Shown here in pieces: positions 25,458 to 37,426 of a stretch of DNA of 64,000 bases. Positions within the stretch are counted from its first letter, which is position 1. The number at the start of each line of letters is the position of its first letter. Source of the stretch: Phyllobates terribilis (Eukaryota); the NCBI RefSeq assembly GCF_046119375.1, contig NW_027362769.1, positions 132,680,001-132,744,000 on the forward strand. Reading direction: 5' to 3'. The notes below the pieces were generated by a model that worked only from the letters and a program-made list of their open reading frames with translations, made no database searches and was not told the origin of the DNA. Made by a program: the position numbers and the translations under genes.

Positions 25458-25841
25458 AGAAGTACTCCTATGAAATTTTTTATTCCCTGAACCTGTCTAA
25501 TTTTGTGTATGTAATGTAGTGTAAGTGCGTTAATATACTTACTGATTGTTGTCTTCACCAGCTTCCAGCCCTGCTCCAGTCCTCTTCTCTCATGACTCGC
25601 CAGATTACACTGGGGTTTATTTGTGAGCTCGAAGTCACTTTTACAATTTAAGCATATTGAGCGTCACACATAAACCCCAGTGTGGTCCGGCGAGTCGGAT
25701 TTGCAGTCAAGTCAGTTAGAAGAAGACTAGAGTGGTGCTGGAAACTGGGGAAGACAACGATCTGTAAGTATATTAATGCCTTTACATTACATACACATTT
25801 AGACAGGTTTAGGGAATAAAACATTTTGTGTGAGCGCCTCT
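25458..25841. mobile_element. Palindromic MITE (TTAA-type) in the degraded Gypsy integrase
   Basis: Long imperfect inverted arms (TATTCCCTGAACCTGTCTAA / TTAGACAGGTTTAGGGAATA; TAATATACTTAC / GTAAGTATATTA). Integrase-like sequence resumes after it. Confidence 0.75.
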
Positions 25842-28147
25842 TTAAGGTTCCTTCTGCCAATAATTTGAGGTCATTAAACCTGTAGCTTTCCATTTAAAAT
25901 TTCTCCTTTCCTTTAAGTTATCCATTGTATTTCACAAGTTCCTGCTCAAGATATATTGTCCGCCTGTTCATTCTGTTAAAGATCCTCCTCTTCCAGTAAT
26001 GATCAAAGACAGCTTGGAGTGTGAACTACAAAAAAATTCTAGCTAGATTCTTGTGTGGTGAGCGGGTCATTACGATATCTGGTGCATTGGAGAGGTTATG
26101 GTCCAGAGGAGAGATCATGGGTTTCGGCAAGTAACATCAGTTCCGACAACCTAATCAGGTAATTCGATTTGCTGTTCCCTCATAAATCTGGCCCTGAGGC
26201 TCAGAAGGCCCCTCTTAAAATGTGGGGTGGTATAATGTCACATCTCTACCTGGGTCTCTACCTGAGTCTCCTGAGATTTCTGCTTCTGTGATGGAGGAGA
26301 CGTCATTACCAAAAGGTCTGGGCAGTGCAGGCTCAGTCCAGCCAGAGATACTATTTGACAGCTAGGAGTTGCCTGTTATAGTTTATACTTGCTCTAGTTC
26401 ACTCCTGTTATTCAGATTTTGTTCAGCCTGTTTGATACCCATTTCGGACCTTGGCCCGTGTTTAGATTATCCTTCTGCTTGTCGATTCAGTTCCTGTCAT
26501 TGACCTAATGGTATTGAATCAGCTTTCTGACCACCTTCTGCCAATTTTCTTCATCAATCAGTAGGCACTGTGAGGACTCAACACAGGTGTCCCTGTGAAA
26601 GTCCAGATCCTTGTACAAGGGTTAACGACTGAAGGCTATGGCACCCCTGTTGACTGCTAGATGGAGAGGCTAGTGAAAAGCCTGTTCATGGAGACCCTTT
26701 TAAGAGCTGCAATTCTTCTACTGACAGTGCTCTCCGAAACATATGGAGTGCATTGCAAACTCTGCACTATACATAGAGGTCAGATAGAGAGAGAAAGACC
26801 TCACACTAAACATGGAGGATAGGTAGAGAATGACTGACTCTACACTACACATGGAGGACAGGTAGAGAGTTACGGACCCCGCACAACATAGAGTTGTCCA
26901 ATTCTCAGGATCAGTGGTGGTCCCGAGGTTCTGATCTCCAGTGATCATTAGGTTCAATAGGTTCATGAGGACCTGACCACATGTCAAAAGTGTCCATTTT
27001 TTGCTCTTATATTATTTCCGCTGCTCCCTTAAGTATTCAATTTTTTTCAAAGTCCACCTTACAGATGGTAGCCCTTTTACTTAGTGCTTATTTTATGATC
27101 TTAAAAAAGGGGTGTTGCTCATTTAAAAAAATATATAAGGAAATACTCTGGGTTTCAGAGGGAATAAAATAAGCGCAAAAACTGGACAATTTTTACCTGG
27201 TGATAGGTCCTCTGTATGAACATTTCAATCTTGGTAAACCCCTTTAAAGGGATATTTCAGTGCTGTAAAATAATGACCTATTGCTAGAATATATCAGTTG
27301 TCCCAGATGCAGAGATGAAGGAGCCATTTAGTGCTGTGTCCCCTTCACTATTTTTTTCTGCACAAAGACGCCCTGGCCACCAGCTATGCAGGAAAATGCA
27401 GCACAGTCCCCTTCATTTCTAGAGGTCAGACCCCACCAGTTGTAAAGTGATATCCTATATAAGTGCTGTCACTTTACAAGACAGGAAGACCCCTTTAGGG
27501 CTAAGGACTAGGACCAGGATTAAGATATACAGGAGAGGCAAAGAGAAGGCACATTCTGTTTTAATGGCAGGATGGATTATACAGAACTCTGGCGGATGTC
27601 ACTATTATATCACTGTTAAAGAAAAAATACTTGTTGGCTCACCCAAGGCTAAATGTAACTCCCAGATCCAAAATGGAGATGAGGGATGCACGGAAGGAAA
27701 TCCTAGCTGGTTCCTGGGTGGAGTAGCACTGAAGAAGCAATACTTTAATGCAGCAATCCCAAAGAAAATTAAAAATATTTTTTATTCCAAAATATTAAAA
27801 ATATGCTGAAAAAAGAAAACCAAAAAAATATAGATTAAAATCACATGGCTAGAGATGACGCATTACGAACCGGAAGGGGTCTTAGTCATAATGATCAAGA
27901 ACCTTGTGGTTTGAAAAGCATCATCTCTATCTATTTGATTTTAATATATTTTTTCTTACTGTTCTTTTTTTCATCGTGTTTTTAATATTTTGGAATAAAT
28001 AATATTTTTAATTTTCTTGGGGATTGCTGCATTAAACTATTGCTTCTTCAGATTTTCTCACTGTATCACTGGGCAGCGTGTACAAGGTTATTATGCTTGA
28101 TAATAAAAATCATAGTCTTTACTAAGGGGGCGTTGATCACAGAGCAA

Positions 28148-29084
28148 TGTCACGTATCAGAGGTGACAGACAGTTGCCCTGCAGTTGGTTGCAGGAGATC
28201 TCTACGTTTGACATTACAGACATCTTAGATGAGAGGCTGTCTCTAGGACCTAGCGGCTACCTCCCTCTAGTAATTAGCTCCCTGGCCTGGGTGTATATAT
28301 ACCTGATGTGTCTGAGAGGGAGCTGCCGGCTATATTTATTTCTACTTGTGAAGGCTTAGCAAGAGCAGTATTTCGTCCTCTCTGGAGCTTGAGGCCGAGT
28401 TCACATTTGTCTGAAGTCGTCTAAAGCTAAGCATTCTCCCCCTTCAGCATCAGAGGTGAACGCTCCCAGATTGGTTCACTCATTCCACACCTCTTTTCCT
28501 GAGAAACCTGGTCCTGAGTGTCTGGAGGCCACTCGTAGAGGGGGGGTACTGTCACGGGTGTATCAGAGGTGACAGACAGTCACCCTGCAATTGGTTGCAG
28601 GAGATCTCTACGTTTGGCATTACAGACATATACTTAGATGAGAGGCTATCTTTAGGACCTAGCGGCTACTACCCTCTGGTAATTAGCTCCCTGGCCTGGG
28701 TGTATATATACCTGGTGTTTCTGAGAGAGAGGTGCCGGCTATATTCATTTCTACTTGTGAAGGCTTAGCAAGAGCAGTACTTCATCCTCTCTGGAGTTTG
28801 AGGCTGAGTTTGCATTTGTCTGGAGTCTTCTAAAACTAAGCAATTTCCCCCTGTTTGTCTGCCCTATAGAGCTTAGTGGCGATCGACTAGTGCTCATCTC
28901 CTGCCATCCCTAGCCTTAGCTTTAAGCCAGGGAAAGACACGCGTGCGGTGATTGCTGTAGAGGCAATATAGGGACAGTAGTTGAGACGGGGTGACACTAG
29001 ACCAGACTAGGAGGTCTCCATTTCCCCCTTTCCCTAGTGTCTGGGCTTCCTTTCCCTCTTCCTTTTCCCACACCTGGCGTGACA
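28148..29084 (+). mobile_element. Internally deleted chromovirus: partial 5' LTR, chromodomain tail, PPT and a full 535-bp 3' LTR
   Basis: 28148-28440 repeats the start of the LTR at 28550-29084. 28441-28549 encodes SASEVNAPRLVHSFHTSFPEKPGPECLEATRRGG and includes the PPT AGAGGGGGGG. Flanks AGCAA/AGTAA are a 4/5 TSD match. Confidence 0.8.
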
Positions 29085-29276
29085 AGTAATGATGAAGAGC
29101 AGAATATAGATACTACCTCAAGGAATCATGTGAGCAATGCTCCTTTAGAAAAGAATATAAAAATTAGCATATTTTGACACACTAAATAAAAAGGCCCATA
29201 TCTCTGGAGCTGTATAGCAGATTTAAAAAAAGAGTGAAAACTCTATACTTTTATCCTGGTCATGTGTTTTCTGTAA

Positions 29277-29950
29277 AGGGATATTCCCATCTCCAAGATC
29301 CTATCCCAATATGTAGTAGGTGTAATAATAATAATATCAGCAAATACCTCCAATTAGAAATGTAGTATAGTTCTTCTGATTCTCTTTGTCTCTATGTCGC
29401 TTATCCCATGGGCAGGGCATTGCAGCAGCTTACTGACAGTTAGTTATTTAGCTGTTAGTGATCGTAATAATAATAATATTTTTATTTATATAGCGCCACC
29501 ATATTACGCAGTGCTTTACAATTCAGACAATTTACAGATATTATCAGCACTGTCCCCATTGGGGCTCACAATCTACATTCCCTATCAGGATATCTTTGGA
29601 GTGTGGGAGGAAACTGGAGAATCTGGGGGAAACTGTGCAAACATGGGGAGAACATACAAACTCCTTGCAGATGTCCTTGGTGGGATTTGAACCCAGGACC
29701 CCAGTGCTGCAAAGTAACAGTGCTGCTAATCACTGAGCTACCATGCTGCCCATTGTAACCATGGATATCTAAGCTACTGCATTGGCCTGCACATGAGGTA
29801 ATTGAAATAGTGAATCAGAAGAACTAAACTATATTTCTAATTGGATGTATTTGCTAATATTATTATTGTTATTACACCTACCACATATTTGGATAGGATC
29901 TTGAAGATGGGAAGATGGGACACTGTATGGGATCTTGAAGATGGGACACT
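29277..29950. mobile_element. MITE with roughly 120-bp TIRs (TTAA-type) hosting a SINE
   Basis: CCCATCTCCAAGATCCTATCCCAATATGT...GTTCTTCTGATTC is mirrored by GAATCAGAAGAAC...GGATAGGATCTTGAAGATGGG. Confidence 0.75.
29465..29751 (-). mobile_element. tRNA-derived SINE
   Basis: Minus-strand head GGGCAGCATGGTAGCTCAGTGATT (A box) and GGTTCAAATCC (B box); 3' tail ...GGCGCTATATAAATAAAAATATTATTATT. Confidence 0.85.
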
Positions 29951-30409
29951 TTAAGGCTGTGTCTAAAGAAAGGCTCTCTTATAACTGACATAGCCATCAG
30001 GGCCCAGAGCCCTATGGTCAGTAAGAACACTCTGGCTAGTGAGGGATCCTTGTGTTTAATACTGTAGCCTTGCAGTGCTGGGGTCAGACAAACGATCGTG
30101 TGGCCGACAGCCATCTCTCCCAGCTCCCCAATTTCTCTATGAGAGAGCTTCTGCCAGACTCCTCTCTTGGGTGAAAGAAAAAGAACCGGCAATTGAAATT
30201 CAGCAGACTGGATCCTTTTACTCCCCGACATCATCTGTCAGATGTGAGTCGGTAGGTCCCCATAAACATTGGTGGCTGGTTTGGACGACTATTGTTTAAT
30301 GTGTATGGGGTCTTGGATTTTGATGACTTATCCTTTAGATAGGTCTTCAGTATCAGATAGGCGTGTATGTGCGACACATGGCACCCACACTGATCAGCTC
30401 AAGTGAATG

Positions 30410-31273
30410 GAGGCTACCCGAGAACATTATATGGCACTGGGGTGCTCTGTGTGACATGCAGAAGTAGTGCTGTTGCTTCAAAAGCATCCAGCAAATAACA
30501 CAAGCACAGGAGACAGGAAGTGTTGTGCTTCAGAAGCATCCAGCAACTAGAGGGGTTAACACAGTCACAGGAGACAGGGAGTGTTTTAGCAGAGCCCCAG
30601 GGGGATTGTGGGGAACTTGTTTTTGTAGTCTGGCTGAAGCCGGAGAGAAAGGTGGTGTGTTTTCTGGATCTGACAGAAGGCAACTGAGCAGGATTCAGAT
30701 CAGGAGAGAAACTAAACACAGGTCAGATAAGCTCCCTGAACTAACAGTGATTAGTATTATCGAACAGGAAGATAAGGACTGGAAGGAATTGTGTCACAGG
30801 GATCATCTCCCTCATCAAACCCTCCCCCCCTCCATCTCCATGCAGGATAAAGAATGTTGTGTACTATTGTGTCATTGTGAAGGAAAAGCCTGTGGTTGTG
30901 TATGCATAGAAGTGTGCTGCTAAGAGATCTAATCTATGCTGAATTATGCTACTGAAGAGACTGTAATACTGTGCCTTGAGAAGAAACTACTATAAAGTTA
31001 TTGGAGCCAGTTGCTCAAGAAACTCCGACTGTACTGTAATGAAGATTGTTGCTCTAATATCCCTGAATTGCACTGGCCGTGCTTCAGATTAAATTCCACT
31101 GTTAAACTGTTGAAAAAGACTCTTGTCAGATGTGTCTGGTCAGCAATTGAATCTATCGTGTGCCTGAGAGAAGCTGCAGCCTATGGTCGCCCTATGTAAC
31201 GGTTCTCCCAGGATTCCAAAGAATTCATGAAACCCGTCTCGCCCTATCTGAACCTAGCGGCGTGCGTGTAACA
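30410..31273. mobile_element. Possible solo-LTR-like fragment
   Basis: Ends ...GCGTGCGTGTAACA and has LTR-like composition. No partner copy or TSD was identified; left boundary uncertain. Confidence 0.3.
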
Positions 31274-32109
31274 TCTGGCTCCAAGCACTGTCTACTTCTG
31301 GGTAAAACGAGAGCTGCGTATAGTTGAGTGGTTGGTGTGCTGGTGTAGGTTCCCACTGTTATAGTGCTGATAACCAGTCCTGAGGTTAGGGTCACACGTC
31401 CGTTTTTCTCTCCTCCCAGAAAATTGGTCCGATTATGTTGATCAGAGTGTGATCTGATTTTCTCAGATGTGCAGAATAAAAAAAAATTCTCCATCTTTTT
31501 TCATTCTTTTAGTCTGTGAAAATCGGACCGCATTCGAATATCATCAGAGTGAGGTCCAATTTTTCCCCCAGACCCGTAGACATGAATGGCAAAGTGCGAT
31601 CCGATAATCAGATGCAACTCGAGCAGGGTCAGACTGGGGCACTGGGACACTGGAGAATTCTCCAGTGGGCCCGGGTCCTCAGCGGGTCCCCGAGCAGGAG
31701 GTACGGGGACCCCTGGTTATCTTGGCCACCGGTGCTCTGCACTGCAAGGGCCCGGAGGGTCAGGAGGGCCCTTGCAGTGCAGCTGATGAGGGCAATCTGG
31801 CCTGCTTCTCAGACCCCCAGGCTACGGGGGGGCCCATGGCCAGATTGCCCTCATCCTGTGAGGCGGGCAGGGAACGATCCCTCCAGCTCCACTGCCGACA
31901 GTAGGTAAATGGCAGCGGAGTGGAGGGATCCGTCCTCTGCTTCCTGCCCGGTGCTTCCTCCCTGACACAGGCTCACGCTGATTGATGATGTCATCATGCA
32001 GCTTGAGCCTGTGTCAGGGAGAAAGATGCCGGGCAGGAAGCAGAGGACAATGCTGCGGGGGAGCAGGAAGAGAGGTACGTGTTTTTTTTTTTTTTAACTA
32101 ATATACTGG

Positions 32110-33200
32110 ACTGGAGATGGGGGGAAATGGGGACAGCAATGGTGGAGGTGTGGGGAGATGAGGGAGAGCAATGGTGATAGTGGGGGGAGATGAGAGAGAG
32201 CAATGGTGATGGAGGAGGTGGGGGGAGTTGAGGGAGAGCAATGGTGATGGAGGAGGTGGGGGAGATAAGGGAGAGCAATGGTGGGGGAGACGAGTGAGAG
32301 CAATGGTGATAGAGGAGGTGGGGAGAGAAGAGGGAGAGCAATGGTGATGGAGGAGGTGGCGGGAGAAGAGGGAGAGCAATGGAGAAAGAGGAGGTAGGGG
32401 GAGATAAGGGAGAGCAATGATGATGGAGAAGGTGGGGGGAGATGAGGAAGGGTGATGGAGGAGGTGGGGGGAGGTGAGGGAGAGCAATGGTGATGGAGGA
32501 GGTAGGGGAGATGAGGGAGAGCAATGGTGATGGGGGTGATGAGGGAGAGCAATGATGATCGAGGAGGTGTGGGGGATGAGGGAGTACAATGGTGATGGAG
32601 GAGGAGGGGGGGAGATATGGAATGGCAATGGGGGAGGTGGGGGAGATATGACATGGCAATGGTGATGGGGGAGGTGGGGGGAGATATGCATGGCATGGTG
32701 ATGGACGAGGTGGGGGAAGATATGTATGGCATGGTGATGGAGGAGGTGGGGGGAGATATGCATGGCAAGGTGATGGAGGAGGTAGGGGGAGATATGCATG
32801 GCATGGTGATGGAGGAGGAGGGGGGAGATATGACATGGTACTGGTGATGGAGGAGGTGGGGGAGATATGGCAATGAAGATGGAGCAGGTGGGGGAGATAT
32901 GGCAATGATGATGGAGCAGGTAGGGGGAGATATGGCAATGATGATGGAGGAGTTGTGGGGAGATATGGCAAAGATGATGGAGAAGGTGGTGGGGGGAGAT
33001 ATGGCAATGATGGAGGAGGTGGTGGGGGGAGATATGGCAATGATGATGGAGGAGGTGGGGGAGATGACAATGTTGGAGAAGGTGGGGGAGAGCAATGATG
33101 GAGAAGGTGGGGGAGAGCAATGATTTGGATGGGAGGGAGCAATAATGGAGGAGTTGGGGGGAGAGTAATGATGGGAATGGGGAGAGCAATGATGGAGGTG
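32110..33200. repeat. Purine-rich degenerate tandem repeat (GGAGGAGGTGGGGGGAGAT / GAGAGCAATGGTGAT units)
   Basis: About 1.1 kb that is G/A-rich and nearly C-free on the plus strand, period about 30-45 bp. Confidence 0.9.
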
Positions 33201-33244
33201 GGGGAGATAAATGATGGGGAATTATTTGGATGCTATATGCTGCT

Positions 33245-33540
33245 AATATCTGGTCTGGTCACGGTGTGGTGGTATTTCTCCCTTGTATGTGGTATTATTC
33301 GGTCACTATGTGGTGGTAATATGTGGTCTGGTCATGGTGTGGTATTTCTCCCTTGTATGTGGTATTATTCAGTCACTATGTGGTGGTAATATGTGGTCTG
33401 GTCATGGTGTGGTGGTATTTCTACCTTGTATGTGGTATTATTCGGTCACTATGTGGTGGTAATATGTAGTCCATTCATGGTGTGGCAGTATTTATCCCTT
33501 GTATGTGGTACTATTGGTGTTGGTATAGTGGATTGTGTTG
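33245..33540. repeat. TGTGGT-rich tandem repeat, period about 70-80 bp
   Basis: GGTATTTCTCCCTTGTATGTGGTATTATTCGGTCACTATGTGGTGGTAATATGTGGTCTGGTCATGGTGT recurs about 3-4 times. Confidence 0.8.
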
Positions 33541-34632
33541 TGTATGGTGGTCATTTGTTCTCTCTGATATTAATTAGGAGAAGATTCTTTATTTCCATTA
33601 GTGATTAAATACTTGGAACAAGATGCACTTACAGGGGTTCTCTGGGGAAAACAAATAATCACCTCTCCACAAGATAAGTGATAAATTATTGATTAGCGGG
33701 GGTCTGACTGCTGAGACCCGCACCGATTGGTAGAATGTGGAGCTTTTATCCCCATTAGACTGGAGCTCACATGCAACTTAACCACTGATCCATTCATTCC
33801 CTCAGTGGCTGCTCTTGTTTTTTTTCTGGAAGCCCCAAAGAGAATGAATGGAGCTGTGGTCAGACGTCCCACCTGTCACTGCATTTTAAAATGGGGATAA
33901 GTGTCCTGTCAGGGATAAAACTTCCCCATTCTTCCGATAGGTGCGGTTTCCAATGTTGGGACCCAAACAATCAATAAGTGATCACCGATCCTGTGGATCC
34001 CATGGATCGGTGATAACTTGTTTTAACCAAAGAACCCCTTTAATGCAAACTACCGTAATTGTACATCCCAGTTATGGTGTGTGCACAGTATATGTGCAGG
34101 AGCCGCCTGTGATTTACAGTCGACGCTTCACTATAACGGGGATATCAGTTATTTGCATATTGCTGTAGGGTGGGCCTCAAGGATCAATTCCTCTTGTGGG
34201 CCCCAGACACCCCAGTCTGACACTGAATTCAAGCATGCTTCAATTTTTTCCTCGGACAGACTTAGTCCAAGGAAAAAATTGGACATGTGCACGGCACCAT
34301 AGAATAACATGGGGACGAATGCTATCTGACAAAACAGTCGTGTGCACGTGCCCTAAAGATAGGTCATCAAAATCTAAGTCCTGGACAACCCCTCTATAGG
34401 TACGGGTAATAGTGCCATGTGTCAGAGAGCCCTCATAGTAGTATCAGAAAGGAACCATATATTCGAAAGCTGACCGTACACATACCATAGGTGATGGACA
34501 AAAGCTGATCAGCTACCTCTCCCCCAATACACATGAACACTTGGATATGCCAAGCGCTCATATGCATTCAAAGGGGAGAGCGGAGAAAGCCACTGCCGTA
34601 CGGCTCTATAGGAAGAACAAAGGGGTTGGGAG

Positions 34633-34869
34633 TAGTGATGAGCGAACGTGCTCGGATAAGATGTTATCCAAGCACGCTCGTGTCCTAACCGAGTGTGATC
34701 GGCATGCTCGAATGCTATGTTTGCGTCGCCGAGGCTCACAGCACATGCAGGGATTGCCTGTTTGGAGCCGCGGCGACGCAAACATATTTTAGGAGCACAC
34801 TGAAGACACTCTGTTAGGACTCGAGCGTGCTCAGATAACTCCTTATCCGAGCACATTCGCTCAACACTA
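34633..34869. mobile_element. hAT-type MITE (237 bp)
   Basis: 8-bp TSD GTTGGGAG (34625-34632, 34870-34877); 28-bp TIR TAGTGATGAGCGAACGTGCTCGGATAAG with 2 mismatches. Confidence 0.9.
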
Positions 34870-35550
34870 GTTGGGAGTTAAAATTGAAACTATCGTCCCC
34901 TACAGATGATATCGGGAGAGAGTCAGGAGGCTACATACAGAATAGACTGTTGGCCAATATAAGCGGGTTCGGCTCTCGTTATGCCCATGCTCGAGGGCTG
35001 ACAATTGCTGCAGCAGAAGGGAGGCTGGGGCTGGATTCCGCAGTCTTCAGCAATGCAGCAGTTATGGATAAATCATGAAGTAGCTAGATGTAAGGGGTTT
35101 GTGCGTGCTTCCTGTTGGCATGGTTATGATGATTCCTAATACAATGCAGATATAATATAACTATTAACTAATTTATTACCGTGCAAATCTAGGCTAAACA
35201 TGATACATTTTTGGCCATATTAGCATCCTGTTGGATGCATATTTCTCAATAGTTCTTCAGCTCGTCTTTCTCTAGGACATGTTGAGTGTTCTTCGTAGAC
35301 AGGGACGTAACTATAAATAACAAAAGACTGACTGTCACTTCCAAACAGAAAACTGGTGTGTACAGGTGCATACTACAAATAAAGTTGCACTCTGTAACGC
35401 TATAGCATGTAAACATGAAATATATGAAGTATGAATTGCATTACTGCTCTAGAAAATAGGAAAAAACGAAGATACTTAGCTCATAATTTGACGAAGTGTT
35501 CTTCATAGACAGGGGAGTAACTGTAGTGAATGCAGAGAGAAGAACATTTA

Positions 35551-36407
35551 GGCTATGTGCCCACGATGCAGAAATGCTCCGGATTTTTCCTGCATCTCCC
35601 TGGCAGAAAAAACATGCGGATTGTACATGCGGATTGTACATGCAGATTGTACATGCGGATTGTACATGCGTTTTCCTGCCAGGGACATGCGGATGTGAAG
35701 CGTTCTTCACATGCATTTCCGCATGCGGGTTGACAAGCGCTTTCCAAGCGATTTTAGCATCTCTTGGAAAGTGCTTGTCAACTTGGTCACACTATATAAA
35801 TCCATGCAAACGACATGGATTTATATACTGTGACCTTAAAGAATGGTAAAAAAAATAAAAAAATAAATCTATACTTACCTTCTGATGGCCCCCGGAGTCT
35901 TGCTACACTGCACTGAAGGACCTGCCGCCACATGACTATGACATCAGCGCAGGTCCTTCAGTCCACCGCGATCTGCTGGCAAGGGATGACGAGCGCAGCG
36001 GGGGCCGTCAGAAGGTAAGGATAACATTTATTTTTTATTTTATTCTTTTTTTCACAGGTTCTATGGTACCCGGGTCCGGAGGAGAGTCTCCTCTCCTCCA
36101 CACCCGGGTACCATCCGCACATTGAAACGCGTGGAATGCGCATCTACATATTCAGTGATGCGGAATCCATGTGTTTCAATGCAAGTCAATGGCGGCGAAA
36201 AAAACGCAGCACTACATATTATTTTGTGGAAGTGCTGCGTTTTTTTCCGCAATGATAATCCGCAGCGGAAATTTTCGCAGCATGTGCACAGCATGCGGAT
36301 TATCATTGGGGACCATGGTAGGCCTTCTACCATGCGTTTTTTAAGCGTTTCTACAGTGTTTTTGCCGCTGCGGAAACACTTGAAAAACGCATCGTGGGCA
36401 CACAGCC
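35551..36407. mobile_element. PIF/Harbinger-type non-autonomous element
   Basis: 3-bp TSD TTA; 19-bp TIR GGCT(A/G)TGTGCCCACGATGC. Confidence 0.85.
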
Positions 36408-37426
36408 TTACAGCATCAACGATCCGATTAATATTTTTGCTTGCCTTTAATAGAATATCCACATATTACACCCAGGGGAAGACACAAAGTACAGTGCTTG
36501 CTGCCTTTTGGATCCATGAGCCTTAGTTTGCTATGACAAGGATCATAAAGAATCTGAAACGCGTCAGTGACTGTACTTTGTGTACTTTGTACATTCGGCT
36601 ACATGTAATATGCGAGTATTCTAATAAAGCCAAGCAAGAGTTTTAATCCGATCATTGGTGCTGGAAACCTCTTCTTCATTATGCTTGATTACATTGCCTT
36701 GTGGTCCATGTACCAGTTGGGCTGGTGAGTGAGTTGGACTTTGTGCAATATTGTGGTTGCAGGGGTGGTTCTGGAGCCTTTGGGGACCAAAAAAATATCT
36801 TTAGTCCATATGAGAAGACCAAAACATATAAAGACCCGTAATAGTTGGGGGCCCTGATGGAGATTTTCCATTGGGACAAAGCAGTTTGAAGTCTTACCAC
36901 AAGTGTCATGGCTGTCCTATACTTCCACTTCTATATAGTATAGGCAAGTGAGAGATTTGTTCTTTTTGGAGAGGATAAGACAGGCCATGCAAACTCCTCA
37001 GGTGCTCATACAATTTCTTAAATCGAAAAGAAGAATTATTTCTAACAAGAGACTGCTTGTTAAACTCAGGTTAATGAACACCCCTGCACGATTTGGGGTG
37101 GGCACGTAAACAAAAACCGAACATTTCCACATCAGGGGATCCCATGTATTGGTGAGAAAACAATATTAAAGGGGTTATACTTGATTACTTTTCTTTCCAG
37201 ATTACTTTTTTTCCCAGAAGCAGTAACACATCTGTCCATGGGCTGTGTGATATTGACACTCATCACTATTTAAGTGAATACTGCAATATCCACCACTGCC
37301 CATTGTCAGGATTGGGGCTGTTACTGGAAAAAATAAAACCTTTTAAAGCAGATCTGTCATCAGATTTCACAATGCAAACTGCATACGTTATTAAATAGAT
37401 GTCTCAGACCTGATAAGGCTAATGTA

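Larger units (their letters stand above)
19540..26700 (+). mobile_element. Old degraded chromodomain Ty3/Gypsy retrotransposon with nested Tc1 and MITEs
   Basis: Diverged LTRs both start TGTCACAT (19540, 26236) and share blocks such as GGAGTTGCC.GTT.TAGTTT.TACTTGCTCT. Remnants: gag at about 20350-20800 (QFSGDRK..F), RT at 21600-21970 (GAGFFFVEDK..LRPFTDYRELN, FTKLDLRGA, TPEGHYEYLVM), RNase H/integrase at 23600-25450, chromodomain at about 25980-26220. Right end approximate. Confidence 0.8.

Noticed and set aside
31994-33189. Three 333-382-aa Pro/Ser/His-rich ORFs on the minus strand
   Set aside because: All three frames are open because of low-complexity pyrimidine-rich sequence; no domain is present.
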